62,644 nt of DNA, from the NCBI GenBank assembly GCA_002698945.1, contig NZZV01000208.1, positions 31,069-93,712 on the forward strand. The letters are read 5' to 3'. The DNA comes from Acidimicrobiaceae bacterium. Lineage in GTDB: Bacteria > Actinomycetota > Acidimicrobiia > Acidimicrobiales > Ilumatobacteraceae. Below, piece by piece: positions 56,356 to 62,644 of this stretch. A program made the position numbers and the translations under genes. Numbering within the stretch: position 1 is the first letter of the stretch; each line of letters starts with the position of its first letter. The notes under the pieces were generated by a model, which did not search any database, was not told the DNA's origin, and was given only the letters and a program-made list of their open reading frames with translations.

Positions 56356-59300
56356 CTACATGCGGTTCAGGGCGGTGCGGATGCGTTTGGGGCTGACGGG
56401 GCCGTGGACGCCGAGCGGTTGGGCGAAGACGCTCATCCGCAACTCCTCGACCATCCAGGCGATGTCGCGCAGGGCGTCGTCGATGCGGCCGGCCCGCTCG
56501 ATCGCATCGGCCAGTTCGCGCTCGACCGGTCGGACGTCCGCCATTCGTCGCTGATCGCGCGGCACGTCTCCCGACAGGTGGTCGAGGCGGTACTCGATCC
56601 CGCGGACGTACCGATGCACGTGGGGGAGTCGCTCGAGACCGCTCCTCCCGACGAAGCCGGGGGCGACCAGACGATCGAGATGTGCCCGTGCGTCGGCGAC
56701 GGTCGGCTGCAGCGCGTCGGCGGTGAGCGCCGACAGCCGGGACCGCACCCGCTCGGCGGCGGCGATCACGTCGGCCGCCTCGGCCAGCGCGTCGGCGGCC
56801 AGTTGCGGCGCATCGTCGCGTACCGCCCGCTCGATGGTCGCGAACGCGGCCTCGTCCCACGGCAGTTCGTAGCGGGCGAGCACGGCGTCGACGGCGGCGT
56901 CGATGCACTCGGCGGTGAGGTCGGCCAGCAGCACCGGGCTCGCTGCCACGGACAGCTTCGCGGACTGACCGAGGGTGCGCTCGATCTTGCTCACCGTCGG
57001 CGCCGCCGCCATGAGCAGCAGTCGTCGGACGCCGCCGCGCATCGCTCGGCGCTGCAGCGACTCGTTGTCGACGACGCGCAACGTGACGCGGTCGCCGCGG
57101 TCGAGCAGGGTCGGGAATGCGCGCACGACGTTGCCGGTCGGCGACGTCGTCTCGACGACCCGGTCGAGACGACCGATGTCGTCCCACCGGACGATGTCGC
57201 GCCGTTCGTCGATCGGAACGGCACTCGCGAGCGCAGAACGTGCCTCACCCGCCTGCCGTCGCCGGATGGCCGCCAGATCGTCGCCGGCGTCGACCACCTG
57301 TCCTTGATCGTCGACGACCACGATGTGGAGTCGCAGGTGCGTCGGCAACCGATCGGTCGAGAAGTCGTCGGGCCGCACCGACACGCCGGACACCTCGGTG
57401 AGCGCTGCGGCGAGCGCCTCGCGCAGCGTCGGTCGCGACGTGTCGAGTCGCTCGGCGGCGGCCGCAGCGGTCTCCGTCATCGGGATGAGTTCGCGTCGGA
57501 CGTCTTTCGGGAGCGACCGGACCAGCAGGTCGACCAGCTCGAACCGGTAGCCCGGGATCAGCCAGTCGAAGCCGGCGTCGTCGAGCTGGTTGATCTCGGC
57601 GAGCGGCACCGTGACCGACGCCCCGTCGAGTGGTCCACCAGGGTCGAAGCGATACACGATCGGATAGCCGGCCGTACCGGCGCTCCAGCGGTCCGGGTAG
57701 TCGGCCAGGCGGATCCCCGACCGATTCGCGAGCACCGAACCGTCGAGATCGAGCAGGGTCGGATCGTCCGTCCTCGCATCGCGCCACCATCGGTCGAACG
57801 CACGCGCCGACGCGACACGCTCCGGGATCCGGGCGTCGAAGAACTCGACCAGCGCCTCGTCGTCGAGCAGATCGGTCCGACGGACACGCGCCTCGAGCAG
57901 CGCGACCCGCTGCCGGAACCGCTCGTTCTCGGCAATGAAGTCGTGCCGAGCGTCCCACTCCCCCGCGACGAGGGCGCGCCGAATGAACAGTTCGCGGGCG
58001 AGCCGGGCGTCGACCCGGTCGAGTCCGACCGTTCGGTTCGACACGATGGGGAGTCCGTAGAGCGTGACCGTCTCGCCGATCAGGGCACGCCCCTGCGCGT
58101 CGTCCCACCACGGTTCGCCGTACGACCGTTTCACGAGGTCGCCCGCGATCGACTCGGCCCACTCGGGCTGGATCGTCGCGACCCGGCGGGCACGGATGCG
58201 GTCGGTCTCCACCAGTTCGGTGGCCATCACCCAGCGCGGAGGTCGCTTCGACAACACCGATCCCGGAGCGATCACGAAACGGGAGTCGCGTATCCCGCGG
58301 AACTCGCGACCGTCGCCGTCGCGCATACCGATCTGGGTCAGGAGACCCGCCAGCAGGGCGCGGTGCACATGGTCGGGGTGCGCCGCCTCGACCGAGGGGC
58401 GGATGTCGAGCTGACCGGCCACCTGGCGCAGCTGGCTGTAGAGGTCGCGCCACTCGCGCACCCGGAGGTAGTGCAGGAACTCGTCGTGACACATCCGGCG
58501 GAACCGATTGCCGGACAGCTCACGCTGACGATCGCGCAGGTAGTCCCACAGCTCGACGATGCCGAGCAGGTCGGACCCGTCGACGCGGAACCGTGCGTGA
58601 AGTTCGTTGGCCCGTTCCGGCTGCTCGCGCGGCCGCTCGCGCACGTCCTGGATCGACAGGGCAGAGGCGATGACGAGCACCTCACGCACGCACCCGTACC
58701 GCTCGGCTTCGATCACCATCCGGCCGAGGCGCGGATCGACGGGAAGCCGCGCGAGCTGCCGACCGATCTTCGTGAGCGATCGCCGGTCGCCGTCGTGGCG
58801 GACGGCGCCGAGTTCGTCGAGGAGCTGATCGCCGTCTCGGATCGCGGCCGGATCGGGCGGCTCGACGAACGGAAACCGCGACACGTCACCCAGACCGATG
58901 GCCGTCATCTGCAGGATGACCGAGGCGAGATTGGTGCGGAGGATCTCCGGTTCCGTGAACTCGGTGCGTTGCTCGTAGTCGTCCTGGGCGTAGAGACGGA
59001 TGCAGATGCCCGGTGCCACACGACCGCATCGACCCGCGCGCTGGTCGGCGGACGCCTGCGACACCGGCTCGATCGGGAGTCGCTGGACCTTCAACCGACG
59101 GCTGTAGCGGGAGATGCGAGCGATGCCCGCATCGACGACGTAGCGGACCCCCGGCACGGTGATGGAGGTCTCCGCGACGTTGGTGGCGAGCACGACGCGC
59201 CGCCCGCGGTGCGGTTCGAAGATCCGGTGCTGTTCGTGCGCCGACAGCCGGGCGTACAGCGGCAGCACCTCGAGCCCGGAGCGGCGCTCGTCGCGCAGGG

Positions 59301-60159
59301 CGTCGGCGATGTCGTGGATCTCGCGCTCGCCGCTCAGGAAAACCAGCACGTCGCCGGGACCCTCACGTTCGAGCTCGTCGATCGCGTCGATGACCGCACG
59401 CACCTGGTCGCGCCGGTCGTCCGGCTCGTCGTCGTTGTCGGCGCCGTACGGCCGGTACCGCACCTCGACCGGGTACGTCCGACCCTCGACCACGAACACC
59501 GGGGCGGGTTCGCCGTCGGCATCGGCGAAGTGCTCGGCGAACCGTTCGGTGTCGATCGTCGCCGACGTGATGATGACGTGCAGATCGGGCCGTCGGGGCA
59601 GCAGCTGCTTGAGGTAGCCGAGCAGGAAGTCGATGTTGAGGCTGCGTTCGTGCGCCTCGTCGATGATGATCGTGTCGTAGCGCCGGAGCTCTCGATCGCG
59701 CTGCAACTCGTTGAGCAGGATGCCGTCGGTCATCACCCGGATCAGCGTCGCCGGGGTCACCCGATCACTGAACCGCACCGAGTAGCCCACGCCGTCACCG
59801 ACAGCCGTGCCGAGTTCGTCGGCGACGCGCTCGGCGACGGTCCTGGCTGCGACCCGACGGGGCTGGGTGTGTCCGATCATGCCGTCCACGCCACGCCCGG
59901 CCTCCAAGCAGAGCTTGGGGAGCTGAGTGCTCTTGCCCGAGCCCGTCTCGCCGGCGACCACGACCACCTGATGGTTTCGGATCGCCGCGACCAGCTCGTC
60001 GCGACGTTCGGCGATCGGCAGCGTCTCCGGCACCTCGATCGGACGCGACCCGACGATCGAGGCGAGCAACGACGCTCGGGCCGCGCGATCCTCGTCGCGG
60101 CGGGCGGCGCGCGCCGTGTGGGCATCGGGGCGGGCCTGGTGGCCGGAGCGTCGGGACAT
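56356..60159 (-). CDS. hrpA: ATP-dependent RNA helicase HrpA
   Basis: GETGSGKS, DEAHERSLN, SAT, TNVAETS, QRAGRCGR, C-terminal EELRMSVFAQ. Confidence 0.95.
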   Translation of the reverse strand: MSRRSGHQARPDAHTARAARRDEDRAARASLLASIVGSRPIEVPETLPIAERRDELVAAIRNHQVVVVAGETGSGKSTQLPKLCLEAGRGVDGMIGHTQPRRVAARTVAERVADELGTAVGDGVGYSVRFSDRVTPATLIRVMTDGILLNELQRDRELRRYDTIIIDEAHERSLNIDFLLGYLKQLLPRRPDLHVIITSATIDTERFAEHFADADGEPAPVFVVEGRTYPVEVRYRPYGADNDDEPDDRRDQVRAVIDAIDELEREGPGDVLVFLSGEREIHDIADALRDERRSGLEVLPLYARLSAHEQHRIFEPHRGRRVVLATNVAETSITVPGVRYVVDAGIARISRYSRRLKVQRLPIEPVSQASADQRAGRCGRVAPGICIRLYAQDDYEQRTEFTEPEILRTNLASVILQMTAIGLGDVSRFPFVEPPDPAAIRDGDQLLDELGAVRHDGDRRSLTKIGRQLARLPVDPRLGRMVIEAERYGCVREVLVIASALSIQDVRERPREQPERANELHARFRVDGSDLLGIVELWDYLRDRQRELSGNRFRRMCHDEFLHYLRVREWRDLYSQLRQVAGQLDIRPSVEAAHPDHVHRALLAGLLTQIGMRDGDGREFRGIRDSRFVIAPGSVLSKRPPRWVMATELVETDRIRARRVATIQPEWAESIAGDLVKRSYGEPWWDDAQGRALIGETVTLYGLPIVSNRTVGLDRVDARLARELFIRRALVAGEWDARHDFIAENERFRQRVALLEARVRRTDLLDDEALVEFFDARIPERVASARAFDRWWRDARTDDPTLLDLDGSVLANRSGIRLADYPDRWSAGTAGYPIVYRFDPGGPLDGASVTVPLAEINQLDDAGFDWLIPGYRFELVDLLVRSLPKDVRRELIPMTETAAAAAERLDTSRPTLREALAAALTEVSGVSVRPDDFSTDRLPTHLRLHIVVVDDQGQVVDAGDDLAAIRRRQAGEARSALASAVPIDERRDIVRWDDIGRLDRVVETTSPTGNVVRAFPTLLDRGDRVTLRVVDNESLQRRAMRGGVRRLLLMAAAPTVSKIERTLGQSAKLSVAASPVLLADLTAECIDAAVDAVLARYELPWDEAAFATIERAVRDDAPQLAADALAEAADVIAAAERVRSRLSALTADALQPTVADARAHLDRLVAPGFVGRSGLERLPHVHRYVRGIEYRLDHLSGDVPRDQRRMADVRPVERELADAIERAGRIDDALRDIAWMVEELRMSVFAQPLGVHGPVSPKRIRTALNRM

Positions 60160-60227
60160 GTCACTTGCAAGGGTCGCGCGTGGCGGGCGACACCGCGACA
60201 CGATTTCTACCGGGTGACGGGCAGACT

Positions 60228-60917
60228 GTGCACGTGCTCGCGACGATCGACGCCCCGTGGCTGACCGACGCCGACCTCGAGCGGTACGAGTGGCACCGAC
60301 GTGACCTGCGGCGTCGGGTGCGCTGGGAAGCTGCCCGGGGCCTCGAGTTGACCGAATCGATGATCGATACGACGACGGCCTTCGCCGCCCTGATGGTCGC
60401 CGCCTACGAACCGCGCGAGGCACCGTTCCATCTGGTCACCGCCGTCGTGTTCCGCGACGGCACCTACCTCGACCGCGAGCGGCCCGGGCCGGTTCGGGGA
60501 TCCGTCGACGCCTCGCCACGGCGACTCGCCGGACAGTCCGGCCACGGCCGCGGGCCCGTCGTGCTCGACTGGCGAACCGTCGAGCGACAGGCGAACGGTC
60601 GCGGACGCGGCACCAACGTGGTGATCCATGAATTCGCACACAAGCTCGACCAGCTGGACGGCGCCGCCGACGGCATGCCACCCCTGCCGTCGCGATCGGC
60701 TCGCGAACAGTGGACCCAGACGATCGGCACGAACTTCCGCCGGCTCCGGCGCCGCGGATCGGACGGCCTGGTGCGGATGTACGGTGCGTCGAGCCCGGCG
60801 GAGTACTTCGCGGTGACGAGCGAGGTGTTCTTCACCCGTCCCGACGATCTGCGTGAGCGCCTCCCGCGGGTGTACGAACGGCTGGCCGAGTTCTACCGCC
60901 AACGCCCCACCGGCTGA
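60228..60917 (+). CDS. M90 (MtfA-like) zinc-dependent peptidase
   Basis: NVVIHEFAHKLD, DGMP, YGASSPAEYFAVTSEVFF. Start uncertain (60165-60234). Confidence 0.85.
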   Translation: MHVLATIDAPWLTDADLERYEWHRRDLRRRVRWEAARGLELTESMIDTTTAFAALMVAAYEPREAPFHLVTAVVFRDGTYLDRERPGPVRGSVDASPRRLAGQSGHGRGPVVLDWRTVERQANGRGRGTNVVIHEFAHKLDQLDGAADGMPPLPSRSAREQWTQTIGTNFRRLRRRGSDGLVRMYGASSPAEYFAVTSEVFFTRPDDLRERLPRVYERLAEFYRQRPTG

Positions 60918-60947
60918 CGAGTCGGTTGATGGTCGGTTGATGTCAGA

Positions 60948-62642
60948 CCCGGATATTGCAGTTCGCGCTGGTCAGGGGGTTGTGATTGACGCGGCAAGTG
61001 CTCCGCCGCCTGGGACGATGTTGTTTGCGACAACAAGACCGTTCCAGTCGAAGGAGCACCTGACAGGTGAACGTTACCGCGCCGTTGTTCGAAGTTGGTG
61101 AGATCAGTGCTCGGCCGTGCCGGGAGGTGACCCGGGTCAAGGTCGAGGTGGCCGATGAGGAGGTGACCGGGGTGGCTGGTGTCGCGTTGTGGGGGCCGTT
61201 GCTGGATCGGTTGAACCTGGTCGGGGTGGCCGATGAACGGGTGCTGCGTCCGATCGGGCCGGGTGGGTACACGGGTGGGGAGTGCTATCGGACGTTGGTG
61301 GAGGTGCTCCTTGCTGGTGGTGAGTTCTTGTCGGACCGGTCGCTGCTGGAAGGGGCGACCGAGGCGTTGCGCGGTGAGCACGCGTTCCCTTCGCACACGA
61401 CGTTGTTCCGGTTCTTGGACGAAGCCGATTTCGGGCGGGTGCACAAGGCTGCTGCGGTGAACCGCACGATGCTGGCTCGGGCGTGGGCGCTGGGTGCAGG
61501 GCCGTCTGGTGGGTTGGTGACGATCGATCCGGACGCCACCTCGGTCGACACGTACGGGCCGAACAAGCAGGGCTCGAAGTTCGGGTATCGGGGCGAGGTT
61601 GGCCTGTCGCCGTTGATCGGGGTGTGCGGTGAGACCGGTGACGTGTTGGCGTTGCGTGCCCGGGGTGGCAGCGCCCATCCCGGTCGGGGGATCGCCGGGT
61701 TCATCCGTGAGTGCGCAGCGGCGATCCCCGCCGCGGTCCGCGACACGAAGAACCTGTGGGTGCGGGTCGACTCGGCTGGCTACCGACACGATGTCTTCAA
61801 CGTCTGCGAGCAGCTCGATGCCGTGTTCTCGATCACTGCGCCGCAACGCTCGAACATCGCAGCTGCGGTGCGCTCACTGGCCCAGGATCCCCAGACCCGG
61901 TGGGTGCCGGCACTGAGCGCCGAGGCCGCCAAAGGATCCGAGATCGCCGAAACTCTGATCGAGATCGGAGAGTCACGTCGCGGTCAACAGCGTCGGCTGC
62001 TGCGGTTGATCGTGCGCCGACAGCGCACCAGCGCTGGCGAGCAACTGTGCTTCGACGATCTCGACGGCTGGCGGTTCCACGCAATCGTCACCAACCTGCC
62101 GGCGATGTTCGCTCCCGCCGAGCACGTAGAAGCCCATCACCGGCTCCGCGGCGGGATCCCCGAAGACACCATCCGCCAACTCAAAGAAGACTTCGGGCTG
62201 ATCCACGCCCCGGTCCAGAACTTCTCCGGGAACTGGCTGTGGTGGCACGCCAGCGCGCTCGCCCACAACGTCGCCCGCTGGATCCGACACCTCGCGCTAC
62301 CCGCCAGCTTCGCCCGCTGCCGCGGCAAACGCCTCCGACTCGCGTTCTTCAACGTCGCTGCCCGAATCGTGCGCCACGCCCGCCAACTCTGGCTACGCAT
62401 CCCCCGCTCGCACGCCTGGGCCGACGCGTTCATCGAAGCGCTCACCCGCATCCGAACCCTGCCCGCATACGCCTGAACCGGACAGGCAACCCTCGGCGGC
62501 AACCGGCACCACCCACGACACCACACGCTGGATCAACGCGCCCCCGGGCAACCAGCCACCAACACCACCAACCCAAGACCCCGACCGACGACCCGATCAA
62601 CCAACAACGAACCCACCACAACCCACCACTGCAATATCCGGG
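60948..62642 (+). mobile_element. IS1380-family insertion sequence (~1.7 kb)
   Basis: Terminal inverted repeats CCCGGATATTGCAG (60948-60961) and CTGCAATATCCGGG (62629-62642). The left flank ends TCAGA and the right flank begins TC, consistent with a target duplication cut by the window edge. Confidence 0.88.
61067..62476 (+). CDS. IS1380-family DDE transposase
   Basis: IDPDAT...KQG, VRVDSAGY, HRLRGGIPEDTIRQLK, LAHN, VRHARQLWL; AAGGAG RBS. Confidence 0.9.
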   Translation: MNVTAPLFEVGEISARPCREVTRVKVEVADEEVTGVAGVALWGPLLDRLNLVGVADERVLRPIGPGGYTGGECYRTLVEVLLAGGEFLSDRSLLEGATEALRGEHAFPSHTTLFRFLDEADFGRVHKAAAVNRTMLARAWALGAGPSGGLVTIDPDATSVDTYGPNKQGSKFGYRGEVGLSPLIGVCGETGDVLALRARGGSAHPGRGIAGFIRECAAAIPAAVRDTKNLWVRVDSAGYRHDVFNVCEQLDAVFSITAPQRSNIAAAVRSLAQDPQTRWVPALSAEAAKGSEIAETLIEIGESRRGQQRRLLRLIVRRQRTSAGEQLCFDDLDGWRFHAIVTNLPAMFAPAEHVEAHHRLRGGIPEDTIRQLKEDFGLIHAPVQNFSGNWLWWHASALAHNVARWIRHLALPASFARCRGKRLRLAFFNVAARIVRHARQLWLRIPRSHAWADAFIEALTRIRTLPAYA

Positions 62643-62644
62643 TC

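Noticed and set aside
55972-60264. 1430-aa plus-strand ORF (and similar long ORFs such as 3217..5268, 22122..24410, 25037..27214, 42526..45075)
   Set aside because: Antisense or off-frame shadows of real genes, expected at ~70% GC; no recognisable motifs.
1-62644. tRNA, rRNA, prophage or recognisable anti-phage defence genes
   Set aside because: None recognised. The STAND cyclase and LOG protein sit in housekeeping contexts without defence-type partners.

Overview
High-GC (~70%) actinobacterial chromosomal segment; gene content and style suggest an Acidimicrobiia/Ilumatobacter-like organism (inference). About 50 mostly intact genes. They include a Cache-HAMP-cyclase / MscS-cNMP / Cache-HAMP-cyclase / Vps62-NPP1-like operon whose nucleotide-handling residues look degenerate, and a triply disrupted FeS-type photolyase. 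Also present: an OmpR-type two-component system, a STAND-type adenylate cyclase, ABC transporters, a Nei-like protein lacking its catalytic N-terminus, oxyR-dps, mftE-mftF, ung, hrpA, and a complete-looking IS1380 element at the right edge. Non-coding structure is rich: a MIRU-like 164-bp insert at the mftE/mftF ATGA junction that preserves translational coupling, a six-unit palindromic tandem array, and two REPIN-like 29-bp perfect hairpins bracketing an MFS gene. No rRNA, tRNA or CRISPR array was seen. All family calls are by motif recognition, not database search.
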